A stretch of 36,134 nucleotides of DNA from Sphacelaria rigidula (GCA_964200075.2 CAXNAA020000019.1:1-36134), one strand, 5' to 3'. Shown: positions 1 to 12,100, numbered from the stretch's first letter. Translations and numbers: made by a program. Notes: generated from the sequence alone by a model not told the origin.

Positions 1-163
1 CGAAACTAGAAATAGCGAAGTGTATGGATAAAAGGTTCCTTCCTGTCCTCTGGGGACGAAAAAAAAGAAAAGAAAGGTATATTAGCAACACCCTCACTCA
101 TAGCCGCTGTTTCCCCTCCTCCCGCGCTTTGACCCCAGCAGCTACGCACACGGAAGTGCACAC

Positions 164-2452
164 CTGATAAAATGCCCACCCTCCCTCCGGCGCGAGAGGC
201 GGCCGGCCACCACAATCTTTGCCCTGTCCAGCAGCACCGACGCGACGGGACCCTCACCTGCCGAAAGAGAGCCATACACCCTGACTACTTTTGACCCGTT
301 ACTTGCTTGCTGCTTCTGGTGATGGCGCTCTTGCTCTTGCTCTTGATCCCGCGGGCTGAGGTCAAAGAGCAGCACCGGGCCTTCGCGTGTACCGAGAGCG
401 ACCATGCAGCCACAGGTATCGATGCACGTTGGAAAGAGCGGCACGGGCATTTCTACCGTTTCCGTGTCAGTTATCGGCGCCGCCTGAAAATATAAATAAT
501 GCAGTACAGCGGATGCGAGTATGGAAAGGGGAATCTTCAATTGCGACCGCTCAACATAGCCACGACCGGGGGCTTTCAGGGGATGGGACGATGGGATTGG
601 AGCGAAGAGAACGTTTAGCACAGCCGCGGGGACGAGAAAGCAGGTGAAAAGAGTCGAGTGTGTTGCTGGGGTACTGCATTCGGTGGTCCTTCGTACGGTA
701 AAATGGTTATTTCGGGTGTGGCATATTTAATGAGAGTGCGACGATTACGAACACAAGTGGGGTAGACCCCGGGCGAGAGTTCCAACAGGCACAGTGCGAC
801 ACGTGTACAGTGCGACACTATTTGATACGAGAAAATGACAACACAAGATATAAATAGTGACACACGCTGCATCACGACCCACGCCGCAGCACACACGTGA
901 ATCGACGAAAAGAAGGGTGAAACACAATGAGGGACAGTCGGTACAGTGCTCCCTGCCCTCGTTACCTCACCAGCGGTATCTTTGGAGCGGCCCCACTCAC
1001 CCCAGAAAGTTCCAGGAGTACAAGAATTTTTGGACTCACCAAGCGGCGAAAGGCGACGTGATGATGATACCGTCGCAGGAACTGTTTCCCAGCCTCTGCC
1101 ACAGCGTCCGCCGTTACAGCATCCGCCGCCGCCCCCACCACTCTCCTCCCGGCGCCGTGGTCAGCATCGCTGGGGTCTCCATCACAACATGCAGTCATGA
1201 CACTCCGTGGGTGCTTTCCTAATCCTCCTGCACCGCTACTACTGTCACTCATTGTACCAGGGTTGATGCAGCCTCCACCGCTAGAGGTGGTGCAGTTTCT
1301 CGTTCCTATCGCGTTGCCGCGGGGTGTCGATGTCGCGGTTGTAGAAGCAGCAGTAGAAGCTGCAGTAAAAAGAGCTGCAAGGGTAGCGCTAGGGTCAACC
1401 CTTTTCCTACCTCCCAGCCAACACTCCAACGTGCTTCGTGCCCTGTTGCCGTCACTGTTGTTGCTGTTGCTGCTAATGCTGCTGCTGCAAATGCTGCTGC
1501 TGCCATTGCTGCTGCTCGAAGGACCGACCGCACGTTTCTTCTGGTGATGGAGCTGCTGCCGCGGAGGCGGTGGCGAACGTGGCGGCGACGGCGCAGGCTT
1601 CGAGTTGGCGTGCAGGGCTGCTGTTTCGCCCGAAGGAAACGACCGACAAGCTGTATCATCACCTTTGCTGCCGAATATGACAACGTTCTCGCTGGGATTG
1701 CTGATTGTGCCACGTCTGCACCGACCGGCCGCGATATCGTCATTGCTGCCGTTGGTGGTGGTTATGTCACCTTCGTCTCCATCAAGATTTACTGTCATGC
1801 CTAGCCAGAATGGGGACCGTGCTAAGGCGGACGCCACCCCTTTGCATAGGAGCCTTGCCTCGCTGTGATCGTCGGTGTAAGTGATGGGTTGACATATCCC
1901 CCGTCCGTATATATTCATGGTGTTGCGCAAGGTGGAGTTGGGGGAGGGTATGAATACGGTTGGATACGCCTTATTCGTCAGTCAGAGAAGAGAGATCCTA
2001 AGCTTTCGTATGTTCGGTAAATGCACTGCACCAAGCTTCCAACATGTGTTGTGCGCTCATGTCGGGTTGGTCAAGAACATCCGGTCATGCGGCACAACAG
2101 TGCGATGGTTGAAGGACGTAAATAGACCTCACTCGCGACCATGAATCAACTCGAGCCTGCTCCCACACAAGGACAAGCAGCAGGCTGAGAAGGAATGAGC
2201 ACGGGGGTGTTTGACCTCGTTCCTTGCCCTGTCCGCTTTACAGTACGAGAGTCGTCCAGGATATACTGTATTGCAGATTGGGGGCGTTTCAATCCACTTA
2301 TGTACAGTATCGCGATTTTTTAAATTTTGAATTCAAGGACCCTTTCTCCCTACGGCTCGCACTTACCCTGGAGGTATCATCTCAGGTACGGAAAACTGTA
2401 CCACGAATATTATAACATGAAGAGGGGGAGGGGGCGGCGGGAAGTCGTCCAT
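164..2452 (-). CDS. Multi-exon gene, 3' end beyond the left edge; hypothetical protein with weak F-box-like N-terminus, long low-complexity region and WD40/beta-propeller-like segment
   Basis: Proposed exons 2452-2367 (MDDFPPPPPPLHVIIFVVQFSVPEMIPP, donor GTAAGT), 2184-2133 (GLLLVLVWEQARVDSWSR), 1969-971 (long ORF, CTGAC branch-like motifs before an AAG acceptor) and 483-164 (acceptor TTTTCAG; PTCIDTCGCMVALGTREGPVLLFDL...PVASVLLDRAKIVVAG resembles WD-type blades). Phases are compatible. The last two exons are better supported than the first two. Domain calls were made by eye. Confidence 0.55.
1455..1515. repeat. Imperfect (CTG/TTG)n trinucleotide tract encoding poly-Ser/Asn on the minus strand
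   Basis: ctgttgttgctgttgctgctaatgctgctgctg... translates on the minus strand to SSSSNGSSSICSSSISSNSNNS. Confidence 0.8.
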
Positions 2453-2899
2453 TGCTTCTGTACTCTGTAGCCCACGCTCACAGCTGCAGTGCGGTACAGC
2501 GGCCAACTACCTGCTCTTAGCATTTCGCTAATGTTATTTTCCACCAGTCATTTTCCAAAATTGTCTAGTCTGCCGTGGTGTCTTGGTGCTTTTCAAACCA
2601 AGTCTGCCGTGGGGAGAGAATACTTACATTGAGCTTTTCAAATCTTGAAAGCACAGAGACGACTACAGTCAGTATAATTTTCTTCCCCGAGTAGTTGTTG
2701 TCCATATCTTGTTCAGTCGTGCAGCGTGCAGAGTTTCATTTCGACGGTCGACAGTGAACCTAAACCAGATTATCCTGTCCTTCAGTCCTTCTGTACAATT
2801 ATAGGGCACTGAATATCGGTGATATATCAGGGTAGCAAGGTCTCTCGGAGGGACAGCCGACTGCTCCTTGCCCAGTGTTGCGAAGGCCAAGCACCATCG

Positions 2900-3755
2900 A
2901 TGGATGCGCTGGTGGGGACATTCCTCGCCGCGGATCGATTTGCCGTGGTGGGTGCTTCTGCTAACCCCAGCAAGTTCGGAAACAAGGTGCGAAGTGATGA
3001 GTGATCTGAAATTCGAAATGTCTCCTTGAACATGTGTGGGTTTTCGTGCGTCAATTTCAACGATTGTACAATCCAAAACATGCTCCGTGCTGTACAACGC
3101 GCACTGCATGCGGATACAGAGGTACTTGCTTGGTGCGTCGCGGTCGCACTGGAGGGAGCTAGACAACAGTGCAGTATATGCACCGCCGCACCATGATAGA
3201 CGAAGATGGTTAAGGAGTTTCTTGCTTACCAAAATTGAAGTGTACCGGTCGATACTCACATTCCGTCCTGTGCGTCAAAATGCCGGTGCGGTACCTTCGT
3301 CTTCTTCCGAACGATGTTGATTCCTCCGGTCATTTACGTGTACTCCCCCCATTCACCCCAGTTGTCTCTTGCTCTTGCCGCCCCTGCAGGACACGCGGGA
3401 GGTACGAAAGTGGCAAACATAGCTAGGTTTCAAATGAACTTCTTGTGGCGAGGAGTATTGTGGAGTTATGACAGCATCGCCTGTGGCAGATCATGGTTTC
3501 ACGGATACGATTTCGTCAGGTTGAAGTTCATTGAACTAGCCTCGAATACCGCCCCCCCCCAATATTGTTTCCCCGGCCCTCACCCCAACGTCACATGAAC
3601 ACCGACTCAGGTGTTGCGCACATACCTCTGGAAAGAGAAGGCGGTGACACCAATCAATCCTCGAGAGGAAGCAATAGAGGGGCAAAAGTGTTCCAGATCA
3701 CTGTCCGACCTGCTGGACCCACAAGACGTTGCTGTTTCGATAGTCACTCCTCCAG
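2900..3755 (+). CDS. CoA-binding protein (YccU-like, CoA_binding_2 family), two exons; 3' exons not found
   Basis: Exon 2900-2986 MDALVGTFLAADRFAVVGASANPSKFGNK (donor GTGCGA) joins in phase to exon 3611-3755 VLRTYLWKEKAVTPINPREEAIEGQKCSRSLSDLLDPQDVAVSIVTPP (acceptor CTCAG, donor GTGAGA). The AVVGAS..PSK.G and V.PINP motifs are typical of the family. The expected W.QPG part is absent. Confidence 0.85.
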
Positions 3756-4215
3756 GTGAGAGAAAAACGACGGCGGTGCGTATGTTCGTTACTTGTTCGT
3801 ATTTTTAAGCCTGTGCTTGCGCGCGATACAAAGCAGGAGAACCGCCGAATGATCATCACAAGACCAGAAGGAGGTTGAAATTCGTTTGGTGCAATGCCTG
3901 GGAAGAAAAATGCGTACGAGTTCATGATTTCATATGTTTTCCCACATCGCTAACCTCGCCCACCTAACCCAAATGATGCTACCTCCACACTCGCGCTATG
4001 ACGTACGGACCTGTCAACCAGAAATATTGTTTATAAAGACGGTAATGCGCCTCAGGGATTAAAGCCCAGATGTCAGGGATATACACCATTTCGGTGAAGG
4101 TCCGATAGCACGGGAATAAGTTATTGTACTAGTTGTGAACCTGTACTGTCGGCTTATTTGATGCCGTAGGGTGTTGTGGCCCAAACACGATAGAAATGGC
4201 ATGTTTGACTATTAA

Positions 4216-5256
4216 CCCTTTTGGGACTGAAGCTCACGAACACCATTTTCACGACGTGTTAGTAAAATGATAATAAACACGTCTGGGAGCGACCTGTCCA
4301 ATCAGGGCGAGGCGAAATTTATCGATCACATCAGAACGACCAGCGGGGGGGCTGTCGCCGGGAGTGATGTCACCGCAAAAATGGTGTACCCTGTCCCTGG
4401 CCCATAAAAAAGCCTTCGAAGCAGAAGAAAGCCCACGTTCTCGGGGCTCAGATTCCCGGATTTTTCATCATTTACCTGCATTTTATTTAGGCCCGACCTC
4501 CCATCCCCCGAATTTGTTTTGCGTCACCATCCTATAGTAAATCCTAGTTGATAACACTAACATGTAGTGCTCGGGGGAAATTGGGGAATAAACTTACCCT
4601 ATATAATACTATATATGTGGTCATGTTCACAAGGCGACTGAATCTGGTAACTCCGTGGGACGGGATACTGAGCTAGAGGCATGATTTCTGCGTATCCCTG
4701 TGTCAAAGCGGTACAAGCGGCGGTGAGGTCGTATGTAGTTGACGTTGACGAACTTATTGTGTATAGGCAGCTGATCTCTGTCGCGGAGAACTGCCCAGAA
4801 CATGTGAGGGGGTATGCAGCGGCAGCTGCTGCTGCATTCGGAAAAGCGTGCTGCACTGTACTGTATCTGCGGCGTCGTTAGAAGAGAATTTGCCGCTTGC
4901 AACAAAAAGGGAAATCGAGGCCCACCCCGACCACCAAGGGCTGTGTGGCAAGGTGATGGGGACAATATCTAAGGCCACAAGTGGCGGGCGGCGGTTGCCA
5001 TATCCTGTTGAAAGCTCCCCACCGCGATTCATACTGCTTGATAAATCTGTATATTGCCTGATGCGCACAACACCCGAATTAGAGTAGAGACAGTTTGTAC
5101 CTGGAAATAGATTGGATAAAACTTTTGATCTTCATCTAACCCTGCCGTTACATACGTTAATTTTTAGCAACATGAAGCCACTGTTTCATGCATATGCAGG
5201 ACACGTCATTCCTTACCAGCCTTGTTGGTCGTTCTGGAGGCCCAGTCCCAAAAGGG
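4216..5256. mobile_element. Non-autonomous piggyBac-type element (1041 bp), in the intron after CoA-binding exon 2
   Basis: Perfect 14-bp TIRs CCCTTTTGGGACTG (4216-4229) and CAGTCCCAAAAGGG (5243-5256), flanked by TTAA at 4212-4215 and 5257-5260. No transposase ORF inside. Confidence 0.9.
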
Positions 5257-5427
5257 TTAATAAACGAGAAAATATGGGCCCAAATTTTTGAGCAGATGGG
5301 CACCTTCCCCTTGGTTCGACGATTAATACGATATGCGGATCACAGCCCAACTCGTCCCGTCGATGAGATATTGCTTTTAGAGCTCAACTACGTTTTTAGG
5401 CTGGCCCAGCTCGTAATCCCATTCGTA

Positions 5428-5850
5428 CTGGTACCCCGACAGTTCCGTAACCTCTGTGAGACTTTCATACCCTTACCCGATAGTTCTGTCAGTTCTGTAA
5501 GCGTCACGTACCGTTACCGGGGGCACGGGTATGCTCTTGATAAGATACCCCGTGCGGGTACGGTGTCCTTTGCAATTTCCACACCCTACCCGATAGTTTT
5601 TGTGGGTTCTGTAAGCTTCCCATACCCTTACCCGACACTTCACCCTTACCCGACATTTCTGTGAGTTCCATACAAGAGTGTTTACCTTTACCCGGGTCGT
5701 GGGTATACCGTTGAAGGAATGCCTGGTTGCCGGTACGGTTTTCTCTAAGCCTCCCATACCCTAGCCGACATATTTTGTGAGCTCTGTAAGCCTCTCATAC
5801 CCTACCCGAAAAGTTCTGTCAAAATCCTCACGACTGTCATACCGGTACCT
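5428..5850. repeat. Degenerate repeat of about 40 bp built on ACCC(T)TACCCGA...TGTGAGTTCTGTAAG, probably a transposon subterminal remnant
   Basis: About 7 copies of ACCC(T)TACCCGA, near 5469, 5583, 5623, 5642, 5684, 5758 and 5799, often followed by TGTGAG(T/C)TCTGTAAG. Confidence 0.7.
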
Positions 5851-6087
5851 GATATTTCTGGAATGTCTGTAGGGAATCTCATGCCCTGCACAACATATCC
5901 GTGCCCTACAGGACGCAACGTCGAAAATTTCTTCCCTAAAACCCGGTCACACAAAACGCAGGCAAAGGGAAAGGTGCGCCAATTTCCCCTTTATTCCGAG
6001 GTAAGATCATCCAAATTTAATCGAAAGGGTGTGACCTTGCAAAAACGGCTCTTTGGTTTGCACACTCAAGGGATGGGCTGATTTGAA

Positions 6088-7558
6088 CCCTTTCGGAACT
6101 GTCCCTTCCTATCCCGAGTCAAGCGCCTCGTCAGTTACAGATGCTCATGGTTGCGGAACGACAATGAAACACCTCCAACCATATGAGATCCGCAAACAAA
6201 GAATGGCTCTCGCTGTGGTTGGATCAGTTTCATCCGACGGTATCAGGCTCGGGGTGAAGTGTCTAATCTTACCTTGTAGTATGAAGCACCCGTTGAAGAA
6301 GTCGGCATTTAAAATGGTGGCAGCTTCCTTTTGCAGGTCCATGACATGCATTATCGCCAGCGCCTCTCCTGATCCGGGCTATGCTGTGGTGTACCGCACA
6401 CGATGCCTGGAAGCAGCGGGCGTGTCAGTGAGCGTCGCACTCTCCGAACTTGCAACGCGCCTCAAGGACCCTCTGGTGTCCACGCTGCGGCTTCTTGTCA
6501 TCAAGTATATTGGTCGTAAAGGGCTGCGTGGTGCTCTACATGCGCAGTACCGTTCGCAAAGTCAACAATCAACCTTCAGTGTAGGCCAGTCACGTCACGT
6601 CTGTTGAATACGTACTATGCCGCCGCGACCCGATGATGTATGTGGTACTGTATAGAAGAGCCGATCAGGGCGAAAGGCCGCGAGTTTGAACAACAACAGA
6701 GACGTTTTCTCGGCCAAATGTGGGTTCAAAATGTGGATTCCGTCATCGAAAAAGGGCGTGAATGGCCCGGAAAAATGGACGAGAGTCGATGCAGTGCGGG
6801 AGTGCCATCCCAATCCGCGATACCAACACTGTTGCGCAGGTACCGGGAGAAAGTTTGGTTGATTGATTCCTTGAAGCTAAGGACTCAATTCGGGATAGCG
6901 GAGCAGTTGAAAATATGACGAGAAATAAGATGTTGCTCATGCTGCACTTCACGATGGTGTTTCGCGCACCAACTCCCGCTTGCTGAGAGTGGTGTTGAAT
7001 TTTGACGGCGGGTGCAGTAGTACTACGCCACATGTACTCCGTATTGCACGCATATGTTGATCGTGAGGTCCACTGCATCGTCCTCGCAAAGATCAAAGAA
7101 CCGTCGCCGGCATGTTCATCACAAGCAAGTATTTGGAAAAGGAACGGTGTTCGTCAAGTAAAACTTTCATCTTGCACAGGTCACAACTGTGGCATATAGG
7201 AACGTACTACGAGGCATCATCGCCAGTACAGAATAGCGCCGCTTGTAGGTCGTGATGATTGTCACCATGGAGTGCAGCTTCTGTAACGATATTGCTGGAA
7301 GCTGATCATGTCAGATGTTCGTTTGAAGGAGACTACTCCGTGGGGGTGTACTGGTCCTGCTTCTTGGTTCATGTTGTGCTAGTGTGTATGCGTAAGAGAA
7401 AGTAGTACGCGTAAACTATGCGCGCCAGTTCGGAACCTTTGACGGGTACAATTCGGGCGAAGTATCAGATGGAGGTGGAGAAGTACCGACGATGGTCCCA
7501 TGAGCAAATATTAACTATTAATAATCCATCACTGTATTGATGCCTATTACCGAAAGGA
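6088..7558. mobile_element. Possible degraded piggyBac-like element; right end uncertain
   Basis: Left end CCCTTTCGGAACTG matches the 4216 TIR at 12/14 and shares about 40 bp of similarity with 35192. A candidate degenerate right end is TTACCGAAAGGA|TCAA at 7547-7562. No clear transposase. Confidence 0.35.
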
Positions 7559-7889
7559 TCAAGAAGAGAGCATGGTATCAAAACAGACATTTTCTGTTGA
7601 TCCGGATGCTTTTTTTTGTCTTGTTTCTCGGAGGTACAACTACTCCGCACATGCCGCAGCGTCGCCATAACCTTGGTAGACCTTGGAGATGCTCGCTCAT
7701 ACTGGGGGTGGGCCTTCTCTCGACACTTGACACTGACGTCTCAAGGTTCCAAGGGTCGGACAAATAATGATTCGTCTGAAAATGACTTGGTTTTAGTACA
7801 ATGAGCCGACTCGCGACGTATCAATCTCTAGGCTTTATTTCAGCGTTGCAACCAAGGTATACGCAGCCCAGACAAGTGAAATGGCGCAA

Positions 7890-7899
7890 NNNNNNNNNN
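7890..7899. other. Assembly gap (10 N)
   Basis: Run of n characters in the sequence. Confidence 1.
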
Positions 7900-9160
7900 T
7901 TTCAGTTAATCAGGCCGAAGAAATCGTGAATTTGGTGATTTTGAGTCGTGATGATTTGTCGTAACTGTGCAAGGTTCGGGCGTGAGCTACTCACAATTGC
8001 ACGCTCGCCACGCGCACAGGTGCCAACCTCCCTCACCCCAGGGTGAAATTTTGTGGAAACCACCTGTGCATGGACCTCTCCAGACCTCTTCAAATCCCAT
8101 GTGAAACTGCACACATTGGCGCCGTCGCACCGCTGTTTTTCCATTTTTATAATGTCGACGCACTGTTTACCACGAACAAACCACCGCGAGTTATAGGCCC
8201 TGATAGCTTGCGATGCTATCTCGATGTGAATGATTCCATGTCTTGAAAGGATGACGGAAACGGCGTACCTGCAGTCAATCAATCGGGTCAACGGTGGAGT
8301 ATGAATGCCGACGAAGTGACCCATAATTGGCCGCAAGCTGCAAAAGTAGTCTACAATTTTATTGCAACTGAACCCAGATGAGTCGCAAGCTGGCTCCAAA
8401 AATGTTTCGCTTACGTATGGCGTCGTTGTTTGCAGATATGAGATATCAGCCACCACCTCCTCCCTTTCCGGCACGGGGCCTTGGTTTGTTTGCAGCATTC
8501 AGCTTTGCCATCTGCCTCTGTCCTGCACAAGCATATCCTACGGCTTATTTCCCATCTACATTAGGCAAGACGCTCCCACACTTGAAATAATTGCAAGTAA
8601 GGCTTTGTCACTCGGAAATCTATTTTGCTCACGCACTCTCACCAATGTCGTTGGATCTGAGGTGTAGTTTTGAATGGATTCAAATGTGGAAAGGTTCGTG
8701 TTGCTTCGGCTTTCGCAGTCTGTGTAGGTGGTATATCCAGCGACCACCGAAGTTTCACACCCGTGGCTGCCCTTGCGTCGCAGAAAGCACTTCAAGGCTT
8801 TGCGATTCCATTCGTCGGATGCGGCACGGGTGAGGGAAGTACTTCGTGAGAGTCAGGGAGAACAGCTTGACCAACCACTCTACCTCGCGCTTGGCATCTT
8901 TATGCACCTTCCGATGTCACATATGTATACAGCTGCCTCAAGCTAGGTGCGTCAGCAGATTCGTGGGACTCACCAAACCGACCACACCTCTGCGCAAACA
9001 AAATTTGCCGCGACGGTAAATCTTGAGATGCGTGAAAATTGTACCAAAAGTTCGGTTCGAAGCGGGTTTCCGCGATCGCCACCTCATCTCACTGATGAAG
9101 TTGCATTACACCCCGCGCCTTTTATGTCCTGTTGTCATACACTCGAAAATCTCGATTCAG

Positions 9161-12100
9161 GTGGCAAATATGGTCACGCGCCTCAGTACCGGTGACTGGT
9201 TCACGGCCAAGGTATCTGCTTGTGGACTTTTCACGGCAGCGTACAAGCACATCACGGACGCCGATCAACGCAGTCTGCTACGGACGCAGGTATGAAAACT
9301 GTTGTTGTACACGCGACATTTATCACGACAACTTCATGCAATATATATGTCGTGTTGGATCTCGCAATATTTCTGGGCGTCTCTTGGTGAATGTGCTCGT
9401 TTGTCGCCTAGGGTTGCACATCTTTTTTCGAGCTCTTGTTACACTTGTACCTCTCGAGAATTAGTAGCGAATAAGTGTTGCCCTCCCATGTTGCCAGAGC
9501 AGTCCGCTGTGATTTCGAGCTAGACTGGTGCTTGCTCGCCTGTTTTTCTCCATCAGCCCAGCTCGCACTGCAAGTTACTCGTACGTTCCACTGATGTTCA
9601 TGTTGCTGTTACTCGACCCCCGCACCTGCTACTGGTTTATGTTTCTCCAGTGTCGAAAACCAAAATTACATTCGTGTTGATGGATCGCTCTCATGCCCCT
9701 CGATATTTTAGCAGTCAGCCGGAGGAGCTTTGTAAATAGAAGGACCTCGAGCATTTACGCACCAGCTGGCAACCGCGCGCACCGTTTACACGTTGGGTTA
9801 GGAGTGCGTTAATGTTGGATGTTTTCCCTGCACCAACAAGTTGCCTCTGTACTCGGTTTCCGTACGAATGCATGCCTGCTGAATTGCAGTTCGAAATCTT
9901 GTCCAAAGATACTGATACGCCCATGGTCCGGCGAGCGGTGGCGTCAAACGTGGGCGACTTCGCCGGGGTGGTGGAAAGTCCACTTCTTTTGAGTGAGATC
10001 GTTCCTGTATTCGAAGCGTTAGCTTCAGACGACCAGGACAACGTCCGTTTGCTGGCGGTCGAGCAGGCGGGAAAGGTTGCCAAGGCCCTGGTTGATCAGG
10101 TGAACGCTCCCGCTCTGTGCTCCGCTCATGGTGTATGTTCTGACATCTCACCGCTTTAGTCACCAGTAACTATGAAACAATCACCAACGTATCAACGCAT
10201 TTTTTTCAAAAGGCCTCGTGTTTCCATATGCCAACGGCGTGCTCGCCACACTCCGGGCGATGTCGGTATGTTGGCACTCCAGTCCTTGCGTCGATGTGCA
10301 GCAGAAGTGTTGCCCTCACGGAACATGCTGCTGCGTACTACAGCCGGGGGTATGCGGTCAAATATCTCAATCGCCTTCTGGATATGGAGTTGTGCATGTC
10401 GGCCTGTACTGGACTGTTGAGCGACGAACGGTTCAAGTCTAGTTGTGTGTGTTGCGCACATGCGTGTGCCACTGCAGTTGGTGCTGACGCGATCACGGCT
10501 ACTTTACTGTCGTTTCAACGTCAAGAACTGTTGGATGGCGGTGCTGGTGGCAAACGGGGCGAGAGAGAGTGCTGGGGGAGAGTATGTCGTAGCGACTGTT
10601 GTGGGTTTTCATCTTCAGATATCCGGTACCCCACGAAGTCAAACCGCATGCGACGGGCGGTTTGCACTGCTCTTTTTGCAGAATCTTGCGGATGAGTGCG
10701 CTACGCACATTGTGCCGGTGGTCAAGCATGCGGTTGAGGATCGTAGCTGGCGAGTACGGTGTGCAATGGCAAGGGGCTTTGGGAAGGCGGCCGAGGCCGT
10801 TGGACCGAAACTCACAACAGTGGAGCTCTTGCCGTCGCTAATAAGGTGCGTCCCCGCTGTTGTGAAGACCACGCTGCAACCAAGCACTGCGTTCTTGCTT
10901 TTGCGTTGTTGGAAGCGGAGACCACTTAACGTACCTAAATTATCGTCCACAAGATGATGGATTCGAGAGAAGATTCTGGAATGGGAAAATTGTCCTTATC
11001 TGCTTCTTGCCTGGAATTTACATATATTATCGAAGCCACAACGACGTGGGGCGAGTTTCAAATGCTTACTCATCTTATCCCACGCGATACTCAGTGCATG
11101 ACCTGAAGAATGAGCACGTGCTCGTCTATTCGTTGTTTCACTGCTACCATACGCTCTTCATGCGCGCTTGATGCTTCACATCAAAGGCGGCAGCACATCC
11201 TAGTGTGCCATCAACAGGGACGTCAGGCTTTTTGTATTTCCACCGGTACACTCGACCCATAACATAATAACTTGTTGTGCCAAAGATTAGTTGATAACAA
11301 TTACCGGGGCATGACCGGCTTTCTGCGCATAACCCACCCCGCCTCCCGTCACTTGACGTGATCTATTATACCCAATGATGAATACACAGCCTTCTCCAAG
11401 ACCACGAGACGGAAGTAAGAGCTGCCACCATTAAGGACATTTCGAGCTTCGTGGACCTAGTTGGACCATCCACGTTTGCGAACGACGTGATGCCATACGT
11501 TTTGGCACTACTGCAAGATGTCAACCTGGTGAGAATATACCTTCAATCTTATGTGATGCATTGCAGGATATTGTCAGTCCTTTTTGCTCCATGTAATCAT
11601 GTGTGCAACTGGCAGGTTACCCTGTCTTCAGTTGAGTTCACGCGAGTTGGTTGCCAATATCCACGGTTGAATCAATGCTTGGTTTCCGTGTGGACCATCA
11701 TAGTCGGATTTGGCGGGGCTCACAGTCCCTGGTCTTCGCCGGCGTGCGCAGGGCACATATTTTCTCTGGTGGTTACGGCACCGGTTGAGCTCTCCCAACG
11801 CAAGCGCAGCGTAGGGGACGCTTTTTACTCCCTCGCTGAGGGTTCTCGGTATGCCTTGAGTTAGGGTTAAGGTGGGGGATTAGCGTCAGAATTGAACAAG
11901 AAATTGGATAAGTAATGGGATAAGTACGTGTCGACCATGAAAATTGGCAACCAACTAGCGTGAATGTACCTCACCGTTGTCGAGAGCAGTCTACCTATTT
12001 CATGGGTAGAAAATCAAGAGCGTCGGTACATCCGTACAAACTTGTTTTTTTGTTGCCGCTGAACTTGTCGCAGAACGTGCGCGTGGCCTTGTCGAACGCG

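Noticed and set aside
749..817. Possible extra 69-bp exon of the left gene (CRTVHVSHCACWNSRPGSTPLVF)
   Set aside because: It is phase-neutral with plausible splice sites, but it is not needed for the frame and has no supporting motif.
1197..1547. Plus-strand poly-Leu membrane protein ORF
   Set aside because: It is the antisense reading of the poly-Ser trinucleotide tract.
5188..5664. Similar peptides in ORFs 5188+ and 18682- (DTSFLTSL.GRSGGPVP) as a protein family
   Set aside because: The similarity comes from the shared non-coding transposon end, and both ORFs run through the TIR into unrelated flanks.
7902..8498. 198-aa minus-strand ORF next to the gap
   Set aside because: It has a non-ATG start, no recognisable motif and no supportable splice structure.
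8728..8829. Candidate upstream PP2A-A exon (AG/GT bounded, phase 0)
   Set aside because: The translation VVYPATTEVSHPWLPLRRRKHF... shows no resemblance to the expected HEAT 1-3 sequence.
11860..11893. Interstitial telomeric repeat
   Set aside because: Only one perfect TTAGGG and degenerate neighbours are present.
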